A stretch of DNA of 64,000 nt from an uncultured Bacteroidales bacterium (GTDB lineage Bacteria; Bacteroidota; Bacteroidia; Bacteroidales; UBA11471). Under the pieces are notes generated by a model. It worked only from the letters and a program-made list of their open reading frames with translations, made no database searches and was not told the DNA's origin. Shown piece by piece: positions 29,852 through 39,522 of the stretch. The DNA is taken from NCBI GenBank assembly GCA_947589325.1, contig CANQAM010000010.1, forward strand, positions 337-64,336, written 5' to 3'. A program made the position numbers and the translations under genes. How positions within the stretch are numbered: the first letter of the stretch is position 1; every line of letters begins with the position of its first letter.

Positions 29852-30691
29852 TTATTGCCCCAAGAGCCATTCTCCTTCGAAAACCGTTTCGGCGCCGCCG
29901 CTCATATATACATGATTGTCGGCGGCGTTCCATTCGATGTCGAGGTCTCCGCCCAAGAGCCGTAAGACCGCCCGACGGGCGGTAAGTCCGTTGAGTACGG
30001 CAGCCACGAGGGTGGCACACGCACCCGTGCCGCAGGCGAGCGTCTCGCCGGCGCCGCGTTCCCACACCCTCATGCGTATTGCTTCAGGCGATACGATTTC
30101 GGCAAACTCGATGTTGCAGCGTTCGGGAAAAAGCTCGTGCCGTTCGGCAGCTGCGCCGACGGCGTGTATATCGATGTCGTCCAGACGGGGAACGAATATC
30201 ACGGCGTGCGGATTGCCCATCGATACGCACGTCATGCGATAGGTCGTCGTCCCGACGGTCAGAGGCACGTTTATCGCCCGCTCGCCCGACAGGGCTACCG
30301 GTATGCGGCGCGGTTCCAAAACGGGTTCGCCCATATCCACACGCACCGAAACGACTTTTCCCGCTTTCACCGTCAGCCGCAGCACTTTGATGCCCGCTGC
30401 CGTTTCGAGCGTTATCTCCTCTTTGTCTGTCAATCCGTTGTCATATACATATTTGCCGATGCAGCGCGAGGCATTGCCGCACATTTGCGCTTCGGAGCCG
30501 TCGGCGTTGAACATGCGCATACGGAAGTCCGCCCGTTCCGACGGCAGTATCAACACCAGTCCGTCCGAGCCTATTCCGAAATGCCGATCACTCATGCGCA
30601 CGGCGAGCTTCTCCGGTGCGGCAACTGCTTCTGCCATACCGTTTATATAAACGTAATCGTTTCCGGCTCCGTGCATCTTGGTGAATCTCAT
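29852..30691 (-). CDS. dapF: Diaminopimelate epimerase
   Basis: [41 protein letters not shown]. Confidence 0.97.
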   Translation of the reverse strand: MRFTKMHGAGNDYVYINGMAEAVAAPEKLAVRMSDRHFGIGSDGLVLILPSERADFRMRMFNADGSEAQMCGNASRCIGKYVYDNGLTDKEEITLETAAGIKVLRLTVKAGKVVSVRVDMGEPVLEPRRIPVALSGERAINVPLTVGTTTYRMTCVSMGNPHAVIFVPRLDDIDIHAVGAAAERHELFPERCNIEFAEIVSPEAIRMRVWERGAGETLACGTGACATLVAAVLNGLTARRAVLRLLGGDLDIEWNAADNHVYMSGGAETVFEGEWLLGQ

Positions 30692-30754
30692 AAGCAAATT
30701 TTCATTTTGAAATCGAAAGTTGTATTTATCTTTCGTTTTGCTAATTATTTTCGA

Positions 30755-30786
30755 CAAAAATATACATAATGTAAACACGAAGCAAA
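30755..30786 (-). promoter_or_regulatory. Canonical promoter for dapF-dapL
   Basis: Minus strand TTTG, 20 nt spacer, TATTTTTG. Confidence 0.7.
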
Positions 30787-30969
30787 ATTTGCAAGAAAAT
30801 ATTTTGAAATAGTTATCATACTTTCATATTGTAATATTAAAACTTGTAATGATAATAAATTGTAACCGTAAGTTGTTTTATGCTTTCATTTTGAATGTGA
30901 CGAAAAATAATCAAGTGTAATTTCGACAATAATTCTTTTCCGAACGAAACGTCATAATGAAAGTTTCGC

Positions 30970-30977
30970 TATCTTTG
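30970..30977 (+). promoter_or_regulatory. -7 element for the transporter gene
   Basis: TATCTTTG 25 nt upstream of ATG 31003. Confidence 0.55.
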
Positions 30978-31002
30978 CAGCCGATTTTTACGATTTTTTC
31001 CG

Positions 31003-31929
31003 ATGTTGCAAAAGTTGAAAGTGTATATGCTGCCGGTGGCGATGATACTCGGTGCGCTGCTCTACCGCCCTATCACGTACCTTAACGATATGTTTCCCTT
31101 CATTACGCAGCTGCTTATTTTCGCCATGTTGCTGATAACTTACTGCCGCCTGTCGCTGCGCCACCTGCATATCGAACGGCTGCACGGTTGGCTGCTGGCG
31201 ATACAGGTTGTCGGCGGGCTGGGCATCTATTTTTTGTTGTGCGGCATCGACCCATTGGTGGCGGAAGGCACGCTGATATGCGTATTTGCCCCGACGGCGA
31301 CGGCAGCAGCCGTCATCACGCAGATGCTGGGCGGCAGTCTTGCTTCATTGGCGACATACAGTTTGGTAAGCAATATGGCGGTAGCGGTTCTTTCGCCGAT
31401 TATCTTTTCGTTTATCGGCGTCCATACCGACATCGATTTTCTCACGTCGTTTCTTATCATTTGCCGGCAGGTGCTGCCGCTACTCATTCTGCCGTTCGTC
31501 GTTGCCATTCTCATGGGAAAATTCCTGCCGCGAGCGCACGAGGCGTTGAGTCGGAGCCAAAGTCTGTCGTTCTATTTGTGGGCGGTGTCGCTCACTTTCG
31601 TCATGGGACGCACCGCCTCGTTCATTATGGCACAAGGCGGCGACAACCTGCGCGAAGAGTTGCTGCTGGCATTGTTCTCGCTGATTGTCTGCGGCTTGCA
31701 ATTCATTTTAGGAAAAGTTATCGGACAGCGTTACGCCAACCGCATTGCCGGCGGGCAGGCGTTGGGGCAGAAAAACACCGTGCTGGCGATATGGATGGCG
31801 CTTACCTACGTACACCCGCTCGCCTCGATAGGTCCTGCCTCGTATGTCGTGTGGCAGAATATCGTGAACAGCACCCAGCTCTGGATAAAAAACAAACGGG
31901 AAAAAGCGGCGCATACATCTGCTGAATAG
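31003..31929 (+). CDS. Bile acid:sodium symporter-like membrane transporter
   Basis: About 10 TM segments; APTATAAAVITQMLGG and GQALGQKNTVLAIW motifs. Confidence 0.7.
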   Translation: MLQKLKVYMLPVAMILGALLYRPITYLNDMFPFITQLLIFAMLLITYCRLSLRHLHIERLHGWLLAIQVVGGLGIYFLLCGIDPLVAEGTLICVFAPTATAAAVITQMLGGSLASLATYSLVSNMAVAVLSPIIFSFIGVHTDIDFLTSFLIICRQVLPLLILPFVVAILMGKFLPRAHEALSRSQSLSFYLWAVSLTFVMGRTASFIMAQGGDNLREELLLALFSLIVCGLQFILGKVIGQRYANRIAGGQALGQKNTVLAIWMALTYVHPLASIGPASYVVWQNIVNSTQLWIKNKREKAAHTSAE

Positions 31930-31964
31930 TGCGCCGTAATGGAAAAAATGATTTATCGACCCGT

Positions 31965-32096
31965 TCACTCGTTCATGGCGAGGTCGGAGGGCGCATAGTC
32001 GGGCAGGGCGCAGCCGCAGCCGCGTCCGGCGGAGCAGGCGGAGAGGAGAAGCAACAGTGCTGCAGCAACGGCGCATTTATAGAGAATCCGTATCAT
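31965..32096 (-). CDS. Small (43 aa) Cys-rich lipoprotein, below the ORF-track cutoff
   Basis: MIRILYKCAVAAALLLLLSAC-SAGRGCGCALPDYAPSDLAMNE; basic n-region, hydrophobic h-region, lipobox LSAC; A-rich start context; fills an otherwise empty spacer. Confidence 0.6.
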   Translation of the reverse strand: MIRILYKCAVAAALLLLLSACSAGRGCGCALPDYAPSDLAMNE

Positions 32097-32202
32097 AATG
32101 TTCGTTTTTGAGCTTTCATTCATAAAACTCCGTTTTTTGCGAAATATTGTTTTCTCTCTTGAAAAAAAGGATTTAGTGCCCGTTTAGGATAACATACATC
32201 TT

Positions 32203-32234
32203 TTTGTAAAATCGGGAGGAATATATTATTTTTG
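32203..32234 (+). promoter_or_regulatory. Canonical promoter for wzx-GT2
   Basis: TTTG, 20 nt spacer, TATTTTTG. Confidence 0.7.
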
Positions 32235-32263
32235 TGTCGAATTTTGCTCACTTGATTACATCG

Positions 32264-33850
32264 ATGCAATCGGAAAAAGAACTTACCACTGCCGCGAAAA
32301 GCAAGCGTATCGTCAAAAATACGGCGATGCTCTATATCCGTATGCTGTTTGTCATGGCGGTATCGCTATACACTTCGCGTATCGTTCTTCATGCGTTGGG
32401 TGAAGAAAATTACGGCATTTACAACGTAGTGGGCGGTATCATCGTGATGTTGGGATTCTTTTCCGGTTCATTGGGCAGCGCTTGTTCCCGCTTTATTACA
32501 TTTGTACTCGGCAAAGGCGATGAAGCGGAGGTAAGAAAATATTTTTCCACAATCTGTTGTGTTCTTTGGCTGTTTGCAGCGATCGTGGTGGTGTTGGGCG
32601 AGACGGTCGGGTTGTGGTTCGTATGCCACAAGCTGGTTATTCCGCCGGAGCGTATGACGGCAGCTTTGTGGGTTTACCACTGTTCGGTGCTCACTGCGGT
32701 GATAGCCATTGTCAGTGTTCCTTACAATGCGTTGATTATAGCCCATGAACGTATGGCGGCATTTGCTTATGTTTCCATCGTTGAAGTGGTATTTAAGCTC
32801 CTTATTGCGTGGGCGCTGCTTTATACGTCGTATGACAAGTTGATTGTGTATGCCGTACTGATTATGCTTGTTCAGGTATTGATTCGCGTGCTATACGGCT
32901 GCTATTGTTCCCGTCATTTCCCGGAGAGCCGGACACCCTTGAAATGGGATAAGCCGATAGTACGGAAAATTGCCGCGTATGCAGGGTGGACGCTGAACGG
33001 CGATTTGGCGGTAGTCGGATATACGCAAGGCATCAATGTGCTTTTGAATCTGTTTTTCGGACCGGCGGTCAATGCGGCGCGTGGAATAGCCGTACAGGTG
33101 CAGACGGTAACGATGCAGTTCGTTCAGAATTTTCAAACCGCAGTCCGTCCGCAGATTATCAAATCCTATTCCGTCAGCGATTTTCCTTATATGCACACGT
33201 TGGTCATCGGAGCTTCGAAGTATGGCTTTTTCTTGATCATATTGCTTGTTTTTCCCCTTGTCTTGTGTGTGGAACCGATATTGCGGATTTGGCTCGGCGC
33301 CGTTCCCGAATACACGGCGGATTTTGTGCGCATCATGTTGTTCGTCGCTTTGATAGAACCTTTCCGTTTCTCCATGATTAATGCCATTCATGCGACAGGC
33401 GATATAAAGAAATTCCAACTTTACGAAGCGACCACCTTATTGACCATCGTGCCGATAGCCTATGTGTTGTTGAAAATATGGCACATATCGCCGGAGGCAG
33501 TGATGCTGGTCTATTTTTTTATTTATTTGTTGGCGCAGGGAATCCGCATTTGGATAGTCTTGCCCCAAATACGAATGCCTTATTCCGTTTATTTCCGAAG
33601 GATCATACTGAAAATCTTTTTGCCGCTTTTGTGCTTTGCCGTACCGTTGTATTTTTTTGATATTCCCGCCGCGATTTCGTGGGGGCGATTATTCCTCTAT
33701 GTGGCTGCAGCGGTGTGCTATATGGCGGTGTGTATCGGAATATTCGGATTCGAGCGTGCGGAACGAATTAAATTTTGGTCGATTTTGAAACACAGATTGC
33801 ATTATGGTACAAAAAAATCCGGCAATATCGGTAATCGTAGCCGTATATAA
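32264..33850 (+). CDS. Polysaccharide/oligosaccharide flippase (Wzx/MOP family)
   Basis: RIVKNTAMLYIRM, YGIYNVVGG, PYNALIIAHERM, FQTAVRPQIIKSY; 12-14 TM segments. Confidence 0.88.
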   Translation: MQSEKELTTAAKSKRIVKNTAMLYIRMLFVMAVSLYTSRIVLHALGEENYGIYNVVGGIIVMLGFFSGSLGSACSRFITFVLGKGDEAEVRKYFSTICCVLWLFAAIVVVLGETVGLWFVCHKLVIPPERMTAALWVYHCSVLTAVIAIVSVPYNALIIAHERMAAFAYVSIVEVVFKLLIAWALLYTSYDKLIVYAVLIMLVQVLIRVLYGCYCSRHFPESRTPLKWDKPIVRKIAAYAGWTLNGDLAVVGYTQGINVLLNLFFGPAVNAARGIAVQVQTVTMQFVQNFQTAVRPQIIKSYSVSDFPYMHTLVIGASKYGFFLIILLVFPLVLCVEPILRIWLGAVPEYTADFVRIMLFVALIEPFRFSMINAIHATGDIKKFQLYEATTLLTIVPIAYVLLKIWHISPEAVMLVYFFIYLLAQGIRIWIVLPQIRMPYSVYFRRIILKIFLPLLCFAVPLYFFDIPAAISWGRLFLYVAAAVCYMAVCIGIFGFERAERIKFWSILKHRLHYGTKKSGNIGNRSRI

Positions 33851-34778
33851 AGCCGAAAAATACCTGTCGCGTTTTTTCGATACACTTTTGTCGCAGACTT
33901 TTACGGATTTTGAGGTCTTGGCAATCGACGACGGCAGCCCCGACCGTTCGGGCGAGATGTGTGAAGAATATGCCCGAAGAGATGCCCGTATCAAAGTCTT
34001 TCACAAAGAAAACGGCGGCGTGGCTTCTGCTCGCCAGTACGGAATAGAACGGGCTTCCGGCGAATATACGATACATGCCGACCCCGATGACAGGGTGGAG
34101 CCGGATATGTTGAAACTTCTTTACGAAAAAGCCGTCGCCGATGATGCCGATATGGTAATCTGCGATTATTATGAAGAATCGGCGGAGGAAACAATACTTC
34201 GTCGGCAAGAGCCCTCTTCGCTTGATGCTCGGGAGGTATTATGGGATTTGTTTACCGGTAAATTGCATGGCGGATTGTGGTCTAAACTTATACGGCGCAG
34301 CGCATACGAAACGCAGAATATCCGTTTTTTCAAAGGATTGAATTTCGCGGAAGATTTGTTTTTTTGTACCCAATTGTTGAAGTGCGGAATAAAGGTGTCA
34401 TATTGCGGGGTTGCCCTGTATCATTACGATAAAAAAACGAACGAAAACTCTATTACGAAAAATTTGGCGTTCATTATAGAGCAAAATGACAGATACCTCG
34501 AGGCTGCAAGAACGTTTTTACAAGAACCGGAATATAGGAAAGAATATATAAATTCGATAGGTTCCCCTCTTTTCCGGATATTTGAAACCGATGCCCTTAC
34601 GAGTCGGGAATTTCGTCGGCGGTACGGAAAGTATCGGAAGTTGATTTGGAAAATGAAAACCCGGACCGTCAGAGTCCGGACGCTGCTTTATTTTTCCTGT
34701 CTCGGATTTTATCGTCCGGTGTATCGTCTGCTGTCGCTGAAACGGAAAATTGCCGGCAACCATTATTACGGAAAATAG
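33804..34778 (+). CDS. Glycosyltransferase family 2
   Basis: ISVIVAVY, IDDGSPD, ENGGVASARQYG, HADPDD (DxD), EDLFF. Confidence 0.9.
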   Translation: MVQKNPAISVIVAVYKAEKYLSRFFDTLLSQTFTDFEVLAIDDGSPDRSGEMCEEYARRDARIKVFHKENGGVASARQYGIERASGEYTIHADPDDRVEPDMLKLLYEKAVADDADMVICDYYEESAEETILRRQEPSSLDAREVLWDLFTGKLHGGLWSKLIRRSAYETQNIRFFKGLNFAEDLFFCTQLLKCGIKVSYCGVALYHYDKKTNENSITKNLAFIIEQNDRYLEAARTFLQEPEYRKEYINSIGSPLFRIFETDALTSREFRRRYGKYRKLIWKMKTRTVRVRTLLYFSCLGFYRPVYRLLSLKRKIAGNHYYGK

Positions 34779-34790
34779 GCATACACTTTA

Positions 34791-35447
34791 TTATCCCAAA
34801 ATTTCCCGCAGCAGATTTTTGTTTCCTACCGGCAAGTCGGATTCGGCAGCCGAGAAGAAATTTTCGATTTGTTTACGGGTTGCTTCGTCTTGCTCGGCGA
34901 GGCGGCGCAGGGCGTCGATGGCGACGGTGAGCGTCGGGCGATTACTCTCGGAGGCAAGCAGCTTTTGGCTTGCCGTCAATAGCGTGGCGATTTCGGTTTC
35001 CGACGGCTTGCAACCGGCAACGAGCAGCCTGTTCCACAAGCGAAAGCCGGTATATCGGGCGAGGTCGTCGGGGCGTTCGAGGCAGTATGCCGCCAGCTCG
35101 GCGGCATACGGGAGGCGTGAAAAAAGATTCAGGCAGCAGATGTCGGCAATTTCGGGGTAGGGTATTTCAGCCACCCAGCGGCAGGAGGTCGTCCTGTCCA
35201 TTTCGGCGGGAGGGTAGAGCCATGTCGCCAGCATCTTCGATTCCCGCACCGGCTCGCTCCACAGCCGTTCGGCGAGCATCTTGTCGGGTGGGTATGCGGC
35301 GGCGATGCGTTTCAGCAGCGGCAGCGTAAGTCCGAAATTCACACGGTAGTCCAGCCCTTTCTCCCGCATACTGGCAGCCACGATGCCGTTCATCGCCTTG
35401 CGGAACTGCCGTTTTATGGCGCGTATCTGTTCGTCGGTCGTATTCAT
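34791..35447 (-). CDS. DNA alkylation repair protein (AlkD-like HEAT repeat)
   Basis: MREKGLDYRVNFGLTLP, LW...RESKMLA, EIADICC patterns. Confidence 0.75.
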   Translation of the reverse strand: MNTTDEQIRAIKRQFRKAMNGIVAASMREKGLDYRVNFGLTLPLLKRIAAAYPPDKMLAERLWSEPVRESKMLATWLYPPAEMDRTTSCRWVAEIPYPEIADICCLNLFSRLPYAAELAAYCLERPDDLARYTGFRLWNRLLVAGCKPSETEIATLLTASQKLLASESNRPTLTVAIDALRRLAEQDEATRKQIENFFSAAESDLPVGNKNLLREILG

Positions 35448-35465
35448 GTGGGGCGGGTTGTCGGG

Positions 35466-36995
35466 TCAGAAGGGCACTTCGTTAGGCTGTTCGTCGGTAA
35501 ACCCTTCGTTAGGAGGAATATTCGTTATGTCATCGGCTTTTTTGGCAGCCCTTCTGTTTTGGTTGATTCGGGAGGGAATGGTGATTTCGTCGCGGTAATT
35601 CTGGAAGCGTGCCAATTCGCTGCGGAAGCGCAGGCGCACATCGCCTACGGCGCCGTTGCGGTGCTTGGCGATGATGATTTCGGCGACGCCCAGCAGCGAG
35701 TTGCCCTGTTTGTCTTCCGTCATTTTATAATATTCGGGACGGTGTATGAAGCACACCATGTCGGCATCTTGTTCGATGGCGCCCGATTCGCGGAGGTCGG
35801 CGAGCTGCGGACGTTTTCCCTCTTCACCGGTGCGCACTTCGACGCCGCGGTTGAGCTGCGACAGCGCGATGATGGGAATGTTCAACTCTTTGGCAAGCGC
35901 TTTGAGCGAGCGCGATATGGTGCTGACCTCTTGTTCGCGGCTGCCGAATTTCATGCCGCTGGCGTTCATCAGTTGCAGGTAGTCGATGATGATGATTTTG
36001 ATGCCGTGTTCGCGCACCAGCCGGCGGGCTTTGGTGCGCAGCTCGAAAATCGAGAGGCTCGGCGTGTCGTCGATGTAGATGGGCGCATCGTATAGGTCTT
36101 TGATTTTGGCGTTGAGCTGTTCCCACTCCGCCGTCGAGAGCCGTCCGCTTTTTATTTTGTCGCCTTCGATTTCGCAGGCGTTGATGATGAGCCGGTTCAC
36201 GAGCTGCACATTCGACATTTCGAGCGAGAATATCGCCACCGGCGTATTGTAGTTGAGCGCCATGTTTTTCGCCATGGAGAGTACGAAAGCGGTTTTCCCC
36301 ATTGCCGGACGGGCGGCGATGATGATGAGGTCGGAGTTTTGCCACCCCGAAGTGATTTTGTCGAGGTCGGTAAATCCCGATTGCAGTCCGCTCAATCCGT
36401 CCTTGCGGTTGGAGGCTATTTCGAGAATGTGCAGGGCTTCGTTGATGACGGGATTGATTTGCACCACATCTTTTTTGACGTTGTTTTGGGAAATCTCGAA
36501 CAGTTCGCCTTCGGCGTCCTGCATCAGGTCATCGACGTCGTAGGTCTCGTCGAAGGCTTTGGCTTGTATCTCGCCGCAGAAGCGTATCAACTCCCGTGCC
36601 AAATATTTCTGCGCCACGATGCGGGCATGGAACTCCACGTTGGCAGCCGACGACACGCGCCCCGTCAGGTCGGTAATCGTGTATTCGCCGCCCACTTCGT
36701 CGAGCGTGTTGTTGCGGCGCAGCTGTTCGCACACGGTAAGCATGTCTATCGGCTCCTGCTTCATGGCAAGGTCGACGATGGCTTTGTATATCAGCTGGTG
36801 TTTGTATTCGTAGAAACTCTCCGGTTTCAGAATGTCGCTTATTACGGGGTAAGCATCTTTTTCGAGCATCAGTGCTCCCAGTACGGCTTCTTCGAGGTCG
36901 CGGGCTTGCGGTTGCAGTTTTCCCATATCGATAAGCGGAGTCGAGCCGCTTTTCTTGCTGCGCTGATTTTGCTGTCTGCCCGAAATGATTTCCAT
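35466..36995 (-). CDS. dnaB: Replicative DNA helicase
   Basis: LEEAVLGALM, IIAARPAMGKT (Walker A), IIIDYLQLM, LSQLNR, LRESGAIEQDAD, IIAKHRNG. Confidence 0.97.
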   Translation of the reverse strand: MEIISGRQQNQRSKKSGSTPLIDMGKLQPQARDLEEAVLGALMLEKDAYPVISDILKPESFYEYKHQLIYKAIVDLAMKQEPIDMLTVCEQLRRNNTLDEVGGEYTITDLTGRVSSAANVEFHARIVAQKYLARELIRFCGEIQAKAFDETYDVDDLMQDAEGELFEISQNNVKKDVVQINPVINEALHILEIASNRKDGLSGLQSGFTDLDKITSGWQNSDLIIIAARPAMGKTAFVLSMAKNMALNYNTPVAIFSLEMSNVQLVNRLIINACEIEGDKIKSGRLSTAEWEQLNAKIKDLYDAPIYIDDTPSLSIFELRTKARRLVREHGIKIIIIDYLQLMNASGMKFGSREQEVSTISRSLKALAKELNIPIIALSQLNRGVEVRTGEEGKRPQLADLRESGAIEQDADMVCFIHRPEYYKMTEDKQGNSLLGVAEIIIAKHRNGAVGDVRLRFRSELARFQNYRDEITIPSRINQNRRAAKKADDITNIPPNEGFTDEQPNEVPF

Positions 36996-37106
36996 AAAAT
37001 TCGTTTGTAAAGGTGAATAACTTTTTCGCAGACAAAAATATAAAAGAATGCGGGTACACCGAAACAGAAGTCGAAAATTTTTTCAACTCATTTTGAACAA
37101 AGTTAT

Positions 37107-37137
37107 TTTGCAATTCCATAAAAACTCTTTACCTTTG
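37107..37137 (+). promoter_or_regulatory. Canonical promoter for psd-pssA
   Basis: TTTG, 19 nt spacer, TACCTTTG; a divergent dnaB -7 element TATTTTTG lies at 37033-37040 (minus). Confidence 0.7.
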
Positions 37138-37171
37138 CAAAATATTCCGCTACGATAATTTCGGCAAAGAA

Positions 37172-37840
37172 ATGAGAGTGAAGATACATAGAGAAGGGCG
37201 GCACATTCTGATAGCATTGTTTTTGCTTCTGGGCATCATCGACGGGGCACTTTTTTACTTTTGTCCCGTTCAGTGGCTCAATATTCTTCTCCTTGTAGCT
37301 TCCGTAGTATTCTTCTCCTTGATTCTTAATTTCTTTCGCTCGCCGCGCCGTCATTTCGCTGGTGAACGGGAAAATATGGTCGTGGCTCCGGCAGACGGTA
37401 CGGTGGTGGTCAAAGAAGAGGTTTTGGAACCCGAATACTTCCACGACAAACGCTTGCAGGTGTCGATATTCATGAATCTTTTCAATGTCCATGCCAATTG
37501 GACGCCGGTAAACGGATTCATCACGCGGGTCGAGCATCAGAACGGTCGTTATCAGGCGGCTTGGCTTCCGAAGTCGAGTACCGAAAACGAACGCTCCACC
37601 ATTGTCATCAAAGCCGAGAACGGACAAGAGATACTTATGCGGCAGGTCGCCGGTGCCATGGCACGGCGCATCGTTACCTATGCCGAAGCCAACGAACCGT
37701 GCCATATCGACGAACATATCGGATTCATAAAATTCGGTTCGCGCGTCGATCTCTATTTGCCGCTCGATGCCGAAATTTTGGTAAAGCTCGATGATAAGAC
37801 GACGGGCAATATTACCCCGCTCGCCCGATTGAAATCTTGA
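37172..37840 (+). CDS. psd: Phosphatidylserine decarboxylase proenzyme
   Basis: FFRSPRR, APADG, IFMNLFNVHAN, FIKFGSRVD (pyruvoyl cleavage site); next to pssA. Confidence 0.93.
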   Translation: MRVKIHREGRHILIALFLLLGIIDGALFYFCPVQWLNILLLVASVVFFSLILNFFRSPRRHFAGERENMVVAPADGTVVVKEEVLEPEYFHDKRLQVSIFMNLFNVHANWTPVNGFITRVEHQNGRYQAAWLPKSSTENERSTIVIKAENGQEILMRQVAGAMARRIVTYAEANEPCHIDEHIGFIKFGSRVDLYLPLDAEILVKLDDKTTGNITPLARLKS

Positions 37841-37880
37841 ATGCACGGGTGCAGACGCCCGCTGCCTATCCGAAAAAATC

Positions 37881-38564
37881 ATGAAACGCATCACCGCTTA
37901 CATACCCGACGCCATTACCTGCTGCAACCTGCTGGCAGGCTGCGTGGCTTCGATATTTGCCTTGCAGGACAATTTCGAGGTCGCGGCGGCAGCTATCATC
38001 GTCGCTGCCGTGTGCGACTTTCTCGACGGTCTGGCAGCCCGCGTGCTCGACGCCTATTCGCCGTTGGGCAAAGAGTTGGATTCGCTGTCGGATTTGGTAA
38101 GTTTCGGTTTGGCGCCAGCGCTGATGATGTATGCCCTGCTGGCGCACTTTTTGCTCCTGCCTTACGGCGGGTACGAATATGTGGCGTATGTCGCTCTGCT
38201 GATTCCCGTTGCCGGAGCGTTGCGGTTGGCGCGCTTCAATGTCGATGACCGTCAGAAAACTTCGTTTATCGGCTTGCCCATTCCCGCCAACGCCCTGTTC
38301 TGGATAGGCATCGCATTTGCCGGCACGCAGAATTGGCACCCGCTGATTTTGCCGGCATTGATAGTCGTCGTTTCTTATCTGATGGTTTCGCCGCTGCCCA
38401 TGTTCTCTTTGAAAGTTACCACCCTTTCGTGGCGGGAAAACAAGCTGCGCTACCTCCTGATAGCCGCTTCGGTGGGATTGTTGGTGTGGCTGGGGTTGGT
38501 AGGCTTGTCGGCGGCGATAGCCGTCTATGTGCTGCTCTCGCTGGTCGCCCTGTTGGAAAAATGA
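37881..38564 (+). CDS. pssA: CDP-diacylglycerol--serine O-phosphatidyltransferase
   Basis: DFLDG..AR......LGKELDSLSDLVSFG CDP-alcohol phosphotransferase motif; RLARFN; GLPIP. Confidence 0.93.
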   Translation: MKRITAYIPDAITCCNLLAGCVASIFALQDNFEVAAAAIIVAAVCDFLDGLAARVLDAYSPLGKELDSLSDLVSFGLAPALMMYALLAHFLLLPYGGYEYVAYVALLIPVAGALRLARFNVDDRQKTSFIGLPIPANALFWIGIAFAGTQNWHPLILPALIVVVSYLMVSPLPMFSLKVTTLSWRENKLRYLLIAASVGLLVWLGLVGLSAAIAVYVLLSLVALLEK

Positions 38565-38647
38565 TTTTTCCGGCAGACGGCAAACCGAATCATCGGGCGG
38601 ACGTTATCGTTTAACACCCTTTCGGGGCAAATAAAAATCAAAAAAGT

Positions 38648-38890
38648 ATGTTCTTCTTTCAGTTGATAATTTTCATAGGATTCATTATACTGCTGGCGGT
38701 ACTCGGTTTCGTGTTCCGCGTATTGAGCATTTTCGGCGGACGCCGTCCGGCTGCACCTTTCGGCTCTGCCGGCAGCCGTGAAGACGACCGGCCGTCCGAA
38801 CCCGAAGAACCCGCCCGCCGACGCAAAAAAGTGTTCGACCGCACCGACGGCGAATATGTGGATTTCGAGGAGATAAAGGATAAAAAGTAA
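38648..38890 (+). CDS. Small membrane protein, DUF4834-like
   Basis: N-terminal TM helix and C-terminal KKVFD..DGEYVDFEEIK; position after pssA. Confidence 0.65.
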   Translation: MFFFQLIIFIGFIILLAVLGFVFRVLSIFGGRRPAAPFGSAGSREDDRPSEPEEPARRRKKVFDRTDGEYVDFEEIKDKK

Positions 38891-38913
38891 AATCGGAAAC
38901 GACGCCGCGTCGC

Positions 38914-39522
38914 TTATTCTTCTTTGCGGTGTATGGTATCTTTCACGTCGTTTATATCGACGAATTTATTGACAATGGCGTAAATCGTCAGACCGGCGGC
39001 GCTGTGTATCTGCAACTTTTGCGAAATGTTGCGGCGGTGCGTTATCACGGTGTGGGTCGATAGACAGAGCTGTTCCGCCATTTGTTTGTTGGTCAGTCCT
39101 TTCACTACGCCGACGATGATTTCTTTTTCGCGTTCGGTCAGCGGTTCCCGCAGATTTTGCTCGTTGTCGGGCGCGCATGTCTTTTCTATTTTCCGCTGTA
39201 TTTCGTCGGCGGAGTCATATACCGATACGATTTCGTCGTACCCTTTGAGCGTGGCGGTGTCGGCCAGCGTGTTTTGCAGGGCGATGCACTTCAATCCCTC
39301 GACCTCTTTCCGTATCTGCTGCAAAGGGAAGAAGCCGAGCACGGAGGGATTGACGATGAGTATATCGGGCGAGTGTCGCGACAGGGCCGTCTGCAATTGC
39401 GACAGCTCGGCGATTTCGATGATTTCGATGTGCAATGTCGATAGGCGGCGCAGCACAGCCACCATGCCGCAGCGGAGTATGAGCGACGGTTCGGCGACTG
39501 CGATTTTCAACAGCGTTTTCAT
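38914..39522 (-). CDS. LuxR-family transcriptional regulator with an atypical receiver domain
   Basis: LTEREKEII...GLTNKQMAEQLCLSTHTVITHRRNI HTH; the receiver reads DILIVNP, with Asn at the usual phospho-Asp position. Confidence 0.85.
   Translation of the reverse strand: MKTLLKIAVAEPSLILRCGMVAVLRRLSTLHIEIIEIAELSQLQTALSRHSPDILIVNPSVLGFFPLQQIRKEVEGLKCIALQNTLADTATLKGYDEIVSVYDSADEIQRKIEKTCAPDNEQNLREPLTEREKEIIVGVVKGLTNKQMAEQLCLSTHTVITHRRNISQKLQIHSAAGLTIYAIVNKFVDINDVKDTIHRKEE

Noticed and set aside
30860-30885. Fur-box-like AATGATAATAAATT in the dapF/transporter spacer
   Set aside because: Only one half-site matches, in very AT-rich DNA; the neighbours are not iron genes.
32097-32263. Invertible promoter for wzx-GT2, as in Bacteroides capsule loci
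   Set aside because: No inverted repeats flank the promoter and there is no upxY or recombinase gene.
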